Assembly: GCA_049302035.1 (NCBI GenBank)
Contig: JBAQLR010000132.1
Span: forward strand, 42,173-106,172
Length of the DNA: 64,000 bases
Origin: Syntrophales bacterium
GTDB taxonomy: Bacteria > Desulfobacterota > Syntrophia > Syntrophales > JACQWR01
Reading direction: 5' to 3'
In this document: positions 30,934 to 41,263 of the stretch, piece by piece
Layout: each line of letters starts with the position of its first letter
How positions within the stretch are numbered: the first letter of the stretch is position 1
Program-made: the position numbers and the translations under genes
Notes under the pieces: generated by a model
Database searches by the model: none
What the model saw: only the letters and a program-made list of their open reading frames with translations
Told to the model about the DNA's origin: nothing

Positions 30934-31476
30934 ATGAAGGACCGATTGGATGCGACATTGCAGCATAAAATAAAGCCCCTTCGGATATTAATTCTGGATG
31001 TGGACGGTGTGATGACTGACGGGGGCATCGTATTTGATGATCAAGGAAATGAATCAAAAAAGTTCGACGTACGCGACGGCCACGGTATCAAGTTGCTGAT
31101 GAGGACCGGTGTTGCGGTTATCATTTTAACGGGACGAACATCGCAGGCCGTTGCCCATCGCGCCTTGGATCTTGGTATTAGCGAGGTATATCAGGGTGTT
31201 AAAAACAAATTGGCAGTTTTTGAACAGATACTAAAAGAGAAAAATATTCTTCCGGATGCAGTGGCCTATGTCGGTGACGATGTAGTGGATATCCCGGTAC
31301 TAAGGAGGGTAGGATTTGCCGCGACGGTGGCCGATGGCTCCCATTATGTAAAGGACGTGGCAGATTATATTACGGAAAGAGAAGGAGGTAGAGGCGCGGT
31401 CCGGGAGATCTGCGAGCTGATCATGAAGGCACGCGGGCAATGGTCTGAAGTGACAGCCAAGTACGAATTAACGTAA
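30934..31476 (+). CDS. kdsC: KDO8P phosphatase
   Basis: HAD motif LILDVDGVMTDG, then DGHGIK and YVGDDVVDIP. Confidence 0.88.
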   Translation: MKDRLDATLQHKIKPLRILILDVDGVMTDGGIVFDDQGNESKKFDVRDGHGIKLLMRTGVAVIILTGRTSQAVAHRALDLGISEVYQGVKNKLAVFEQILKEKNILPDAVAYVGDDVVDIPVLRRVGFAATVADGSHYVKDVADYITEREGGRGAVREICELIMKARGQWSEVTAKYELT

Positions 31477-31586
31477 CATGCCGAAATTATATATTAATAC
31501 GTTTGTCTTTACATATATATGAGTGGGTGGTATAGAGCCCCGGTCGAGAGAGTGCAGTCCTTTCCTTTGGGATTATAGATAATTTT

Positions 31587-32141
31587 ATGAGGTTACCAAG
31601 GAAAACGTTAATTTTCGCCGGTATCGGGTCGGTGCTGATCATATCGGTGGCATTGTTCTTACTCCTCAGAATGTTCTACCCTATCTCCCCCGGAACCATG
31701 CTGAAAATCATCTCAGAGCGGGCGGATCTCGAAGCGAAAGATGTTCTTTATCGAGAAGTGCGCGAGGATGGTGTGACATGGGAAATAAGGGCGAAAAAGG
31801 CAAGTTACATCAAAAAGGAGAACCGTGCCTTTTTTGACCAGGCAGAAGTCAAACTTGGCTTGGCGGATGGCAGAACGATTTCTCTTGCTGGGGACAAGGG
31901 GAAATTCGACACTATCACGGGGAATATGGAAATTTGGGGGAAGGTTTCTGTTGCCACCACAAGCGGTGAGCACTTTACCACTGATGATCTGCAATACACC
32001 GCAGCGAGTAAAACATTCCATACGGCGTCATTTGTAGAAATGGCAACTTCGCGCTTGCAAATTCAAGGGGTAGGCATGTCCCTTTCCCTACCGCAGAGGA
32101 AAATCGTCTTATTATCCCGGGTTTATGCCCGGATCAGGTGA
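31587..32141 (+). CDS. lptC: LPS export protein LptC
   Basis: 184 aa with an N-terminal TM anchor followed by a beta-rich periplasmic domain. It sits directly upstream of lptA-lptB. Confidence 0.7.
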   Translation: MRLPRKTLIFAGIGSVLIISVALFLLLRMFYPISPGTMLKIISERADLEAKDVLYREVREDGVTWEIRAKKASYIKKENRAFFDQAEVKLGLADGRTISLAGDKGKFDTITGNMEIWGKVSVATTSGEHFTTDDLQYTAASKTFHTASFVEMATSRLQIQGVGMSLSLPQRKIVLLSRVYARIR

Positions 32142-32151
32142 AGAGGACTGT

Positions 32152-32709
32152 ATGAAGGATTGGCCCGTCATTTCTATTTTTATCATCTGTGGGATCTTTT
32201 CGTTCCTACACCAAGCTGAGGTCTGGGCGTTGGAACCGAGTCTGAAGATTTCGGCCGGTGAAAAGTTGATTGAGGTAAGCTCCGACCGCCTGGAAGCACT
32301 TGAGGATAAAAGTGTGGTTATTTTTTCCGGAAGCGCCGTGGCAACTCAAGGAGAGAGGACTATCAAAGCGGAGCAGATACTTATCTATTATAAAAAAACG
32401 AGACAGAAGACACCCCGCGAAGGATTGCAGGATATTGGCAAGGTCGGAGATTTGGATAGGATAGAGGCCTTGGGGCACGTGATTATAACGCAGGGCGATA
32501 GAATGGTCACGGGTGATAAAGCGGTTTACTACCAGGAAACGCAAAGAATCGTCATGACTGGCGATGCCGTGCTAAAACAGGGCAGCAATATCGTACGTGG
32601 TGATAATGTTCAGGTTTTTCTTGATGAAAATAGGGGAGTGGTTGAGTCCGGTAAAGACAAAAGGGTAAAAGCCACGATTTTCCCCTCAGAAAAGCAGGCA
32701 GCGCCATGA
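32152..32709 (+). CDS. lptA: LPS transport periplasmic protein LptA (OstA-like)
   Basis: Signal peptide, then repeated OstA-type strands (ITADRL-like, GNAVL.QG..I.GD). Start set to ATG 32152. Confidence 0.8.
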   Translation: MKDWPVISIFIICGIFSFLHQAEVWALEPSLKISAGEKLIEVSSDRLEALEDKSVVIFSGSAVATQGERTIKAEQILIYYKKTRQKTPREGLQDIGKVGDLDRIEALGHVIITQGDRMVTGDKAVYYQETQRIVMTGDAVLKQGSNIVRGDNVQVFLDENRGVVESGKDKRVKATIFPSEKQAAP

Positions 32710-33431
32710 CGGGAAAACTTTCCGCTTGCGGGCTTATGAAGGCCTTTCGCAGCCGAAAGGTGGTAAGAGGAATTTCCCTGGAAATTGCACCTGGGGAGGT
32801 GGTTGGTCTCTTGGGACCCAACGGGGCCGGTAAAACGACCACTTTTTTTATGATCGTAGGCCTCATTAGACCTGATGGTGGCCATATTTACTTGGATGGG
32901 GAGGACATTACGTCAAACCCCATGTATATACGCGCCAGGAAGGGTTTAAACTATTTGCCTCAGGAAGCATCCATCTTTAGGAACATGACAGTAGAAAATA
33001 ATATTTTAGCCATACTTGAAACTCTGAAGATAGATGAAGAGGAAAAAAAAAGGCGTCTCGCAGAGCTGTTGCAGGAGCTGGACATCGCCCACCTGGCCCG
33101 TAATAATGCCTATTCGCTTTCCGGTGGGGAAAGAAGGAGGGTCGAGATTACACGCGCCCTGGTGACCTCACCGAAATTTATGCTGCTTGACGAGCCTTTT
33201 GCCGGTATTGATCCTCTTGCCGTGGCTGATATCCAGAAGATAATAGAAAAGCTCGCCGACAAGGGCATCGGAGTGTTGATCTCCGATCATAATGTGCGAG
33301 AGACACTTTCCGTATGCAGTCGTGCTTACATCGTAAACGAGGGGGCTGTACTTGTGGAAGGAACGCCCGAAGAAATTGCCGGTTGCGAAGCGGCTAGAAA
33401 GACTTACTTTGGTGAAAAATTCAGCTTGTGA
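32706..33431 (+). CDS. lptB: LPS export ABC transporter ATPase LptB
   Basis: Walker A GPNGAGKTT, signature LSGGERRRVEI and Walker B MLLDEP. It overlaps lptA by 4 nt. Confidence 0.92.
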   Translation: MTGKLSACGLMKAFRSRKVVRGISLEIAPGEVVGLLGPNGAGKTTTFFMIVGLIRPDGGHIYLDGEDITSNPMYIRARKGLNYLPQEASIFRNMTVENNILAILETLKIDEEEKKRRLAELLQELDIAHLARNNAYSLSGGERRRVEITRALVTSPKFMLLDEPFAGIDPLAVADIQKIIEKLADKGIGVLISDHNVRETLSVCSRAYIVNEGAVLVEGTPEEIAGCEAARKTYFGEKFSL

Positions 33432-33455
33432 TTGCAACTCTGGTAACGAGAAAAA

Positions 33456-34919
33456 ATGGCATTTGAACTAAAACAGAATCTCAAACTGAGTCAGCAACTG
33501 ATCATGACGCCTCAGCTCCAGCAGGCGATCAAGCTCCTTCAGCTTTCGCGGCTGGAAATGACGGACGTGGTAAATCAGGAGTTGGAGGAAAATCCGCTCT
33601 TAGAAGAGACGCCCCTCGATGATGAAAGTGAACCGGGACGTCCCATGACCGGAGAAGGGTTGGAGATTGCCGAAAGGGAAGAGCTGCCCCATATCGAACG
33701 CGCTGAAGAGCTCACAGGCGAAGGTGATGGTAAAGAGGATTTTGACTGGAACAACTATCTGGAAGATTATCGGCCAACCAGTGCGACTTATGATCGTGGC
33801 GATGCGGAACCCCTTGCCTGGGACAACATACTGAGCGCCAAACCATCACTTCTTGATCATTTGATGTGGCAACTGAAACTTTCACCGTTAAACGAAATGG
33901 AAATGCTTGCCGGTGAACAGATTATCGGCAACATTGACCATGCTGGTTATTTGCGGGCCACCTTTGAGGACATGGCCTTGCAGGAAAATCTGCCCGTTGC
34001 GGTTTTTGAAAAAGTCCTTGCAAAGATACAAGCCTTTGATCCTCCTGGCGTTGCTGCCAGGGACCTAAAGGAATGTCTTTTAATTCAGGGAAAGCTCTTG
34101 GGAGTGTCCAATAAGCTCGTTCTAACCATTATCCAGGAACATCTTCATGACTTGGAAAAAAAGGATTATAGCTGTATTGCCAAGCGGCTGAAGGTAACCT
34201 TGGATGATGTCGTACAGGCTGTCATACTGATCACACATATGGATCCCAAGCCGGGCAGTGTTTACGGAGAGGAAAAGGTCCAAATCATTATCCCCGATGT
34301 TTACGTTTATAAAGTTGGGGATGATTATCAGATAGTGCTTAACGAAGAAGGTTTACCGAAGTTAAGGATCAGCAGTTATTACCGGGAACTTATGAGCGGC
34401 ATGGATAATAGCGATACCTCTGATAACAGCAGACGATATATGCGGGAAAGAGTGCAGTCGGCTAGCTGGTTGATAAAAAGCATTTTGCAGCGTCAGAAGA
34501 CCATTTATAAGGTAACCGAAAGCATCGTACGCCACCAAAGGGATTTCTTTGAAGCAGGCATAAAGTATATGAAGCCGTTGGTCTTAAGAGACATCGCGGA
34601 AGATGTGGAGATGCACGAATCGACAATCAGCCGGGTGGTAACCAACAAGTATATGCATACGCCGCGCGGGGTTTTTGAGCTTAAGTATTTTTTTGGCAGC
34701 AGCATCCATAAAACGGATGGTGAGGCCACGGCCTCTAAAAGTGTTAAGGAGGAGATCAAGAAGCTCATTGCGGCTGAGGAACCACTCCACCCTTTGAGTG
34801 ATCAGGAGATAGTGCAACTTCTCGATATGTCGGGAATCAGCATTGCGCGGCGCACCGTGGCCAAATACAGAGAGATGATGCGTATTCTCCCTTCGTCACG
34901 GCGGAAAAAATATTTTTGA
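33456..34919 (+). CDS. rpoN: RNA polymerase sigma-54 factor
   Basis: N-terminal LKQNLKLSQQLIMTPQLQQAIKLLQLS and the C-terminal RpoN box ARRTVAKYRE. Confidence 0.96.
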   Translation: MAFELKQNLKLSQQLIMTPQLQQAIKLLQLSRLEMTDVVNQELEENPLLEETPLDDESEPGRPMTGEGLEIAEREELPHIERAEELTGEGDGKEDFDWNNYLEDYRPTSATYDRGDAEPLAWDNILSAKPSLLDHLMWQLKLSPLNEMEMLAGEQIIGNIDHAGYLRATFEDMALQENLPVAVFEKVLAKIQAFDPPGVAARDLKECLLIQGKLLGVSNKLVLTIIQEHLHDLEKKDYSCIAKRLKVTLDDVVQAVILITHMDPKPGSVYGEEKVQIIIPDVYVYKVGDDYQIVLNEEGLPKLRISSYYRELMSGMDNSDTSDNSRRYMRERVQSASWLIKSILQRQKTIYKVTESIVRHQRDFFEAGIKYMKPLVLRDIAEDVEMHESTISRVVTNKYMHTPRGVFELKYFFGSSIHKTDGEATASKSVKEEIKKLIAAEEPLHPLSDQEIVQLLDMSGISIARRTVAKYREMMRILPSSRRKKYF

Positions 34920-34996
34920 CATGTTGCGGCAGATGGATCGAGCGCCCCTGCTTGGTTTTATCGAGACAGCGGTGAATTACAGAAGGAGGTTTGAGA

Positions 34997-35533
34997 ATGA
35001 TAATATCTGTTACCATTAGAAACGGCGATGGAGAAACTTGGCAGAAGGAATATATTGATGAACGGCTGCAAAAACTAAAGAAATATTTAGACCACCCCGT
35101 TGAAGCGCATGTTGTTTTGTCGGTAGAAAAATTTAGAAATGTAGCCGAAATTAATTTAGTCGGTAATGGTCTTAATCTTAACGCCAAAGAAGAAGATAAA
35201 GATATGCACCTGGCCATCGACAATGCCGTTGTCAAAATCGAAAGACAGATTAAAAAGCACAAAGAAAAGCTCCGCTCGCACAAGAATCATTTTTCACGGG
35301 ATAATGAAATTGGCATGGGCGAGGATTTGGATGATGCAGAAGAGTTGGGCGGTGGCAGGGTTGTGGCAGTAAAAAATTTGCCTTTGAAGCCAATGTCCCT
35401 GGACGATGCCGTTATGGAAATGGAAACATCAAAAAATGGGTTCATTGTTTATCGCGACGCAAAGACGGAGAATATTCATGTTATCTATCGTCAGGAAGAT
35501 GGTAATTTCGCCCTGATAGAAACTACCGGTTAA
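34997..35533 (+). CDS. hpf: ribosome hibernation promoting factor (long HPF)
   Basis: S30AE N-domain (ITIRNG...YIDERLQKL..AIDNAVVKIERQIKKHKEK) plus a C-terminal dimerisation domain (VVAVKNLPLKPMSLDDAV..F.VYRD). ATG 34997 lies 7 nt after GAAGGAGG. Confidence 0.9.
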   Translation: MIISVTIRNGDGETWQKEYIDERLQKLKKYLDHPVEAHVVLSVEKFRNVAEINLVGNGLNLNAKEEDKDMHLAIDNAVVKIERQIKKHKEKLRSHKNHFSRDNEIGMGEDLDDAEELGGGRVVAVKNLPLKPMSLDDAVMEMETSKNGFIVYRDAKTENIHVIYRQEDGNFALIETTG

Positions 35534-35552
35534 TGCCGGAGGAGAGCTTTGC

Positions 35553-36020
35553 GTGCAGATAAAGACATACTTGCGCCATGAATCCGTCATCGATGAATTG
35601 AGGTCGATAACGAAAGAGGCGGCTTTGGAGGAACTGGCCGCCGCCTTGCCCAGGCAGGTCCCTGGCTGCGAAACGGCTGATATGGTCAGAGTTCTCATGG
35701 CCAGGGAAAAGTTGGGAAGCACTGGTATCGGTGATGGCATTGCTATACCCCATGGAAAGATTGCCGGTTTGGATGAATTAATGATTTCTTACGGCAGAAG
35801 TAAGAAAGGACTCGATTTTAATGCTATGGACGGCAAACCGGTACATTTGCTGTTTCTGCTGATGGCGCCTGAGGATTCTGCTGGCCAGCATTTGAAGGTA
35901 TTGGCCCGGATTTCCCGCATGCTCAAGGATGAGGCTTTTAGAAAGAAGCTTATGGCTGCCACTTCAGCCGATGCAATGTATGGTGTAATTGTGGAAAAAG
36001 ATGACGCGGACGCAGGCTGA
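35553..36020 (+). CDS. ptsN: PTS-Ntr enzyme IIA
   Basis: REKLGSTGIGDGIAIPHGK carries the phosphorylatable His. The gene follows rpoN-hpf. Confidence 0.9.
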   Translation: MQIKTYLRHESVIDELRSITKEAALEELAAALPRQVPGCETADMVRVLMAREKLGSTGIGDGIAIPHGKIAGLDELMISYGRSKKGLDFNAMDGKPVHLLFLLMAPEDSAGQHLKVLARISRMLKDEAFRKKLMAATSADAMYGVIVEKDDADAG

Positions 36021-36054
36021 TGGGTTATCCCCTCCTGGCGCCAGGCCATACGCA

Positions 36055-36933
36055 ATGGAATTTATCGCCCTGAATAGTTTGCTGTCGGGAAGTTATAGTC
36101 GTTTGGGCTTAACCGGACAAAGGCTAAGGGGCGGTTTAACGACGGCTGTAAATCGGGTGCGGCTGCTGCAGGGAACTGAGGATCGACACCTGTTATCGAC
36201 ATGTGGAGGGGGTACGGTCCTCGTTGTGCCTCCTTTCATACTACATCCTACCAGCAATTCAACGGGGGAAAAGGAGAAAGCGAAAATTTGGGCGGTGCTC
36301 CAAATGTCAGAAATAGCTTGTCTGGCCTTACCAGGACTACTCAAAAGGCCGGATTTTCTACCTCACTTTGCTTCTGCTTCAGAGAGCGCCAAACCTGTTA
36401 TCTGCTCCCGCTTTGATGAATTTCTCCTCGCCAGCCGTTTGACGGGTTTGCTGCGGGAGAAGTTAAGGCATCGCATCTTTTTGCATGGGGCGCTGGTTAA
36501 CATGTATGGATTGGGAGTGTTGGTCACAGGAGACAGCGGCTGCGGCAAGACGAGCGGCGCTTTGGGGCTTGCCGCACGCGGGCATAAATGGATCGCTGAT
36601 GACGCCATCGAAATTGAAAAACGCCCCAATAACCTTCTGTATGGCTGTAGTCACGTGCGAAGCAAGGGGCTACTGGAAATTAAGGGACGAGGCATCATCT
36701 TGGCAGGCGAGATGCTTCCCGCGGTTGCAATGGATGATGAAACGCCTTTGGATTTGATCGTGGAGATCAAAAAAAGAACCGCTCGTGCCGTACCGGTACA
36801 TAGCGGCGGACGGTTCTATAGAACAATTATGGCTGTCAAGCTTCCTGTAATGCGTTTTCCCCCACTCTCCCGCGGCAATTGGTGGCTGGAAGAACTGGAA
36901 CGGGCGGTGCAGTTAATGCGCCAGATGGAGTAA
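36055..36933 (+). CDS. hprK: HPr kinase/phosphorylase
   Basis: LHGALVNMYGLGVLVTGDSGCGKTSGAL P-loop, ADDAIEI and LEIKGRGII motifs are present. Start set to ATG 36055, after the ptsN stop. The N-terminal domain is poorly conserved. Confidence 0.8.
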   Translation: MEFIALNSLLSGSYSRLGLTGQRLRGGLTTAVNRVRLLQGTEDRHLLSTCGGGTVLVVPPFILHPTSNSTGEKEKAKIWAVLQMSEIACLALPGLLKRPDFLPHFASASESAKPVICSRFDEFLLASRLTGLLREKLRHRIFLHGALVNMYGLGVLVTGDSGCGKTSGALGLAARGHKWIADDAIEIEKRPNNLLYGCSHVRSKGLLEIKGRGIILAGEMLPAVAMDDETPLDLIVEIKKRTARAVPVHSGGRFYRTIMAVKLPVMRFPPLSRGNWWLEELERAVQLMRQME

Positions 36934-36936
36934 AAG

Positions 36937-37806
36937 ATGGATGATTTAAGGGTGGTCATCATCACGGGCCTTTCGGGGTCCGGTAAAAGCACGGCATTGC
37001 GGGCCCTGGAAGACATAGGTTATTTTTGTGTCGATAACCTCCCGATCATTTTGCTGCCACGGTTCCTTAAACTTCATGTTGATCAGTTGCCGCATATCGC
37101 AAATGTCGCCATGGTGATGGATCTGCGTCAGCAAAGTTTTCTGGAGAAATATGCCAGGATTTTCAAGCGGCTCAAAGACAAAGGCTATCACCTGGAAATA
37201 ATCTTTCTTGACGCCAGCGATGATGCTTTGATGAAACGTTTCAATGAAACAAGAAGGGTACATCCACTGTCAGGACGTGGTTCCGTTCTGGAAGGTATCT
37301 TGCAGGAGAGAGCATGCCTGGCCCTGTTGAAAGATATGGCGGACAGGGTAATGGATACTACTTCCATCAATGTACATCAGCTTAAAGAGGGTTTGCAGAG
37401 ACATTTCCTGACTGGCACGGCGGCGGGCAAGCTTTTAGCACTGCATATCTCTTCTTTTGGATACCGTTATGGATTACCGGCGGATGCCGATATCGTTCTG
37501 GATGTAAGATTTCTGCCTAATCCTTATTATGTAGATCATCTGAAGGATTGCAACGGTCATGAACAAAGTGTCTGTGATTTTGTGCTTGGTTATGAGGTGA
37601 GCAGGGAGTTCATGAAAAAATTACTTGCACTGATGGAGTATCTTCTCCCCCATTATGAAAAAGAAGGTAAAGCCCGACTTAACGTGGCCCTGGGGTGTAC
37701 TGGCGGTAAACATCGTTCCGTCGTCATTGCCAACAAGTTGGCGGAATATTTTCAAGGGCGTGATTACCGGGTGACAACGAGTCACCGTGATATAGGTAAG
37801 AGTTGA
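36937..37806 (+). CDS. rapZ: RNase adapter / nucleotide-binding protein RapZ (YhbJ)
   Basis: [40 protein letters not shown] and [10 protein letters not shown] motifs are present. Confidence 0.93.
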   Translation: MDDLRVVIITGLSGSGKSTALRALEDIGYFCVDNLPIILLPRFLKLHVDQLPHIANVAMVMDLRQQSFLEKYARIFKRLKDKGYHLEIIFLDASDDALMKRFNETRRVHPLSGRGSVLEGILQERACLALLKDMADRVMDTTSINVHQLKEGLQRHFLTGTAAGKLLALHISSFGYRYGLPADADIVLDVRFLPNPYYVDHLKDCNGHEQSVCDFVLGYEVSREFMKKLLALMEYLLPHYEKEGKARLNVALGCTGGKHRSVVIANKLAEYFQGRDYRVTTSHRDIGKS

Positions 37807-37812
37807 ACTCGC

Positions 37813-39147
37813 TTATGGCGCGTTACCAAGCTTTTTTGTCACGTTATCCTGTATCCAGTGGGGATCCCACCATTCCACGGGATTTACAAATCGTCCACCT
37901 GCGATCATTCCGAAATGTAAGTGATCGCCGCCTGCCAGGCCCGTGAGCCCGCTATTGCCGATAATCTCGCCTTTTTTCACGTGCTGGTTCAGCCTGGCCT
38001 TTATTTGCGAAAGATGACCATAGATGCTGAAGATGCCCTGGCCGTGGTCAATAAGGATGGCATTGCCGTAAATACCAAGGCTGCCGGTAAATTTGACAAT
38101 CCCATGATTACTTGCTTCCACCGGAGCATTGGCTAGGGATGCTAGATCTACTCCGTAATGAACGCTTTCACCCACGGATTTGTTCTGATAAAAATAGGTG
38201 CGTTTATCTGCGAACTGCGCCATGGGAGCCGCATCCTTCATTCTACTGAAGGCACCTTCCCAAAGCTGCCGCGGGTCTGATTTGCTGCAAATATCGAGGA
38301 TGGTTGCCTCATTGGCCAAACGTAGCGTGCTGTTCACATAGGAAAAAACATCCAAGGGACTCTTACCCTGCAGTTCCGGATAGATAGTTTGAAAATCAGG
38401 CATCTTGTGATTGAGAAAATTATCCCCCAGCATCATCTTGTCGCTACGGAATTTTTTGTTTTTCAGGCGGTAGGGAAGGGCGAGCGAGGTTGAATTGCCC
38501 CCTGCGTCCACCGCGATAATTCTTATGTTCAGACCATCGGCAACGGGGGTCGGCGGCAAACCGAAATAAGTCACAAGGACGGATTTATCCGCGCCGCCTG
38601 CCGGATAACTGGAAGAAAAAATATTATTTACCATGACGCCGCTTTTTATCGTTGGTTCGGAAGTACGGTAGGCGATAGCGCCACAACCGCCAAGGTTAAT
38701 ATTATTGGTGGCGGTGAGCAGAAATATCTGGGGCGGGGTAGTATCTATTGTCACAGGCCTATTGATAAGGGTTTCATTTTTAAAAAGGGAATAATCCACT
38801 GCGGCAATGCTCAGGGTAGCCAGACCGTCATGAAGTTTTAAGGTTTGGGGGATAATGCTTAACTTTAGCGGCAGCGTCCTTATGCCTTTCCGAGGCAAAA
38901 CGTAAGAGGCCAGAACGTGCGCTTTGTTATCCTGATTTATGGTCACTAAAATACTGCGCAGACCGGAATCAATATCCTCGATCACTAGACCTAACGTTTG
39001 CTCTCTTCCGATCGACCTGACGTCGTGGGTAAGTCTAACAGAGGGATTTTCCCGCTCGCCGATGGTAGCAAAAAACCACCAGCCACCCCCTATGAGGATG
39101 GTCAAAGACAGTGCGATTGTTACATAATGTTTACTTATGGTTTTCAT
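37813..39147 (-). CDS. M23 (LytM-type) peptidoglycan metalloendopeptidase
   Basis: N-terminal TM anchor and a C-terminal HYGVDLA...GNSGLTGLAGGDHLHFGM motif set. Start set to ATG 39147, 7 nt after GAGG. Confidence 0.85.
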   Translation of the reverse strand: MKTISKHYVTIALSLTILIGGGWWFFATIGERENPSVRLTHDVRSIGREQTLGLVIEDIDSGLRSILVTINQDNKAHVLASYVLPRKGIRTLPLKLSIIPQTLKLHDGLATLSIAAVDYSLFKNETLINRPVTIDTTPPQIFLLTATNNINLGGCGAIAYRTSEPTIKSGVMVNNIFSSSYPAGGADKSVLVTYFGLPPTPVADGLNIRIIAVDAGGNSTSLALPYRLKNKKFRSDKMMLGDNFLNHKMPDFQTIYPELQGKSPLDVFSYVNSTLRLANEATILDICSKSDPRQLWEGAFSRMKDAAPMAQFADKRTYFYQNKSVGESVHYGVDLASLANAPVEASNHGIVKFTGSLGIYGNAILIDHGQGIFSIYGHLSQIKARLNQHVKKGEIIGNSGLTGLAGGDHLHFGMIAGGRFVNPVEWWDPHWIQDNVTKKLGNAP

Positions 39148-39327
39148 GGATTGCCTCACGTAATTAGTTTGAACCGTTGAGAGTAGCCTATAATCAAATA
39201 TTGACGGAGATGCAAGTTAAAAGGGCATCCCAATAATGACTTGATATTGTTTTCCCATGTTGCTATTCTCCGCACTCGAAGCCCGCTGCTTATAAGGGCT
39301 TTTGCCGAACCGTAATGGAGGTAAAAA

Positions 39328-40524
39328 ATGCGCATGCTGGCGGATAGAAAGATTGTCCTAGGGATTACAGGTGGGATAGCGGCTTACAAAGCAGCCAGCC
39401 TGACGAGATTGCTTGTGAAGGAGGGAGCTGCCGTAAAGGTGATCATGACCAGCAGCGCCCAGGAGTTTATCACTCCGCTTACCTTGCAAACCCTTTCGGG
39501 GCAGCCTGTTTATACAAAGATGTTTACTCCCCGGCAGGAGAATGAACTGACGCACATCGCTTTGGCCGAATTTGCCGACCTGCTGGTTGTGGCGCCTGCG
39601 ACGGCCAACGTCATCGGTAAGATTGCCGGTGGCATTGCCGATGATCTGTTGACAACGACGGTTATGGCGACAAAATCGCCCGTGCTTTTCTGTCCTGCCA
39701 TGAACGCTAATATGCTGGCAAACCCTGCGGTGCGTGAGAACATGGAGAAGCTTATCGCCCGTGGTTACTTTCTAATGACTTCCGCCTATGGCGATTTAGC
39801 CTGCAAAGTTGAAGGGATGGGCCGTTTACCCGAACCAGAGGAAATTGTCGAGGAAATCAATACCATTTTGACGCCTAAGGATTTACACGGTAGAAATATG
39901 CTGATTACGGCGGGTCCAACACGAGAACCCCTTGATCCGGTACGTTTTATAACCAACTATTCCTCGGGAAAAATGGGTTATGCACTGGCGATTATGGCCA
40001 GGCGCCGCGGCGCCAACGTTACCCTCATTAGCGGCCCATCAGCGCTTGCTCCCCCAAGGGGGGTAAATTTTATCGGGATTGCCACTGCCTGTGAAATGCT
40101 GGACGCCGTACTTGAGCACTACAAACAGGCCAACGTCATCATTAAAGCGGCTGCTGTCGCCGATTATCGTCCTGCCGAGCGCGCCCTGTCCAAGATCAAA
40201 AAACGGGAAGGAAACTTGCGTCTCACCCTGGAAAGAAATCCCGACATTATTGCCGAGCTGGGGCGGCAGAAGGATAATAGAATCATTATAGGTTTTGCCA
40301 TGGAAACGGAGAATCTGGTGGAAAATGCCATCGCTAAAATGGAGAATAAGAATATGGATTACATTGTCGCTAATTTGCTGGCCCAGCCAGGTGCGGGTTT
40401 CCAGCATGATACTAATATCGTAACTATCATCAGTCGCAATGGGACGCGGGAAGACCTTCCCCTCATGAACAAAATGCAGGTAGCGAACAGGATACTTGAC
40501 AAGGTAAGGTTCCATAATGAATGA
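39328..40524 (+). CDS. coaBC: bifunctional phosphopantothenoylcysteine decarboxylase / synthetase
   Basis: Flavoprotein half (VLGITGGIAAYK, PAMNANM) and CoaB half (ITAGPTREPLDPVRFITNYSSGKMG, AAAVADYRP). Confidence 0.93.
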   Translation: MRMLADRKIVLGITGGIAAYKAASLTRLLVKEGAAVKVIMTSSAQEFITPLTLQTLSGQPVYTKMFTPRQENELTHIALAEFADLLVVAPATANVIGKIAGGIADDLLTTTVMATKSPVLFCPAMNANMLANPAVRENMEKLIARGYFLMTSAYGDLACKVEGMGRLPEPEEIVEEINTILTPKDLHGRNMLITAGPTREPLDPVRFITNYSSGKMGYALAIMARRRGANVTLISGPSALAPPRGVNFIGIATACEMLDAVLEHYKQANVIIKAAAVADYRPAERALSKIKKREGNLRLTLERNPDIIAELGRQKDNRIIIGFAMETENLVENAIAKMENKNMDYIVANLLAQPGAGFQHDTNIVTIISRNGTREDLPLMNKMQVANRILDKVRFHNE

Positions 40525-41263
40525 AGACCTGCAGGTGGAGTTGTCCGGCATACTTACTTCCCTGAAATCTCGGATTTTATGGAGCAGGGAAATGGGCAAA
40601 CCGTTGCCCTTTGACTGTCGGCACACCAGAAAGAAGCAAAAAGAGACGACACAATCGGAAATGTCTCCCCATACAACTGCTGTAAATTTTGCTGGAGGGC
40701 AGGGCGATCTGGCAGTGGTGCGCCAGGATTTGGGTGACTGCCGACGTTGCCAGCTATCTGGTTTAAGAACGAAGATCGTTTTTGGTGAAGGAAACCCTCA
40801 CGCTCGGCTGGTTTTTGTCGGTGAGGCGCCTGGTGCGGACGAAGACCGGGAAGGCAGGCCCTTCGTAGGGCGCGCCGGACAGTTGCTTACCAAAATTATC
40901 AACGCCATGGGATTGGCACGCGAAGACGTTTACATCTGCAACATTTTGAAGTGTCGTCCTCCCGACAATCGGAATCCGGAAACGCCGGAAATCGCCGCTT
41001 GCGAGCCTTTTTTGTTGCGGCAACTGGCGGCTGTTTCCCCGCTTGTCATCTGCACTTTGGGGACTTTTGCCGCACAAGCCCTGCTAAAACAGAAGGCGCC
41101 GATTACCGCCTTGCGAGGTCGTTTCTATACTTACGCTGGAATCAAGGTAATGCCCACTTTTCACCCCGCCTATTTATTGAGAAATCCTGCTGCCAAAAAA
41201 CAGGTATGGGAAGATGTACAGTTGGTTATGAAGGAATTGACATTGGCAGGGAAACCATCATGA
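40517..41263 (+). CDS. family-4 uracil-DNA glycosylase
   Basis: CRRCQL, GEGNPHARLVFVGEAPGADEDREGRPFVGRAGQLL and PTFHPAYLLRNP motifs are present. Confidence 0.88.
   Translation: MNEDLQVELSGILTSLKSRILWSREMGKPLPFDCRHTRKKQKETTQSEMSPHTTAVNFAGGQGDLAVVRQDLGDCRRCQLSGLRTKIVFGEGNPHARLVFVGEAPGADEDREGRPFVGRAGQLLTKIINAMGLAREDVYICNILKCRPPDNRNPETPEIAACEPFLLRQLAAVSPLVICTLGTFAAQALLKQKAPITALRGRFYTYAGIKVMPTFHPAYLLRNPAAKKQVWEDVQLVMKELTLAGKPS

Noticed and set aside
39276-39300. AAGCCC-N10-GGGCTT hairpin upstream of coaBC
   Set aside because: Only a 6-bp stem and a 3-T tail, located in a 5' leader with no upstream gene on that strand to terminate.
40951-41259. N-terminal 103 codons of track ORF 40951..42582
   Set aside because: This stretch overlaps the well-supported UDG gene in another frame and is low-complexity. 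The NfeD signal sequence begins at ATG 41260, which overlaps the UDG stop.
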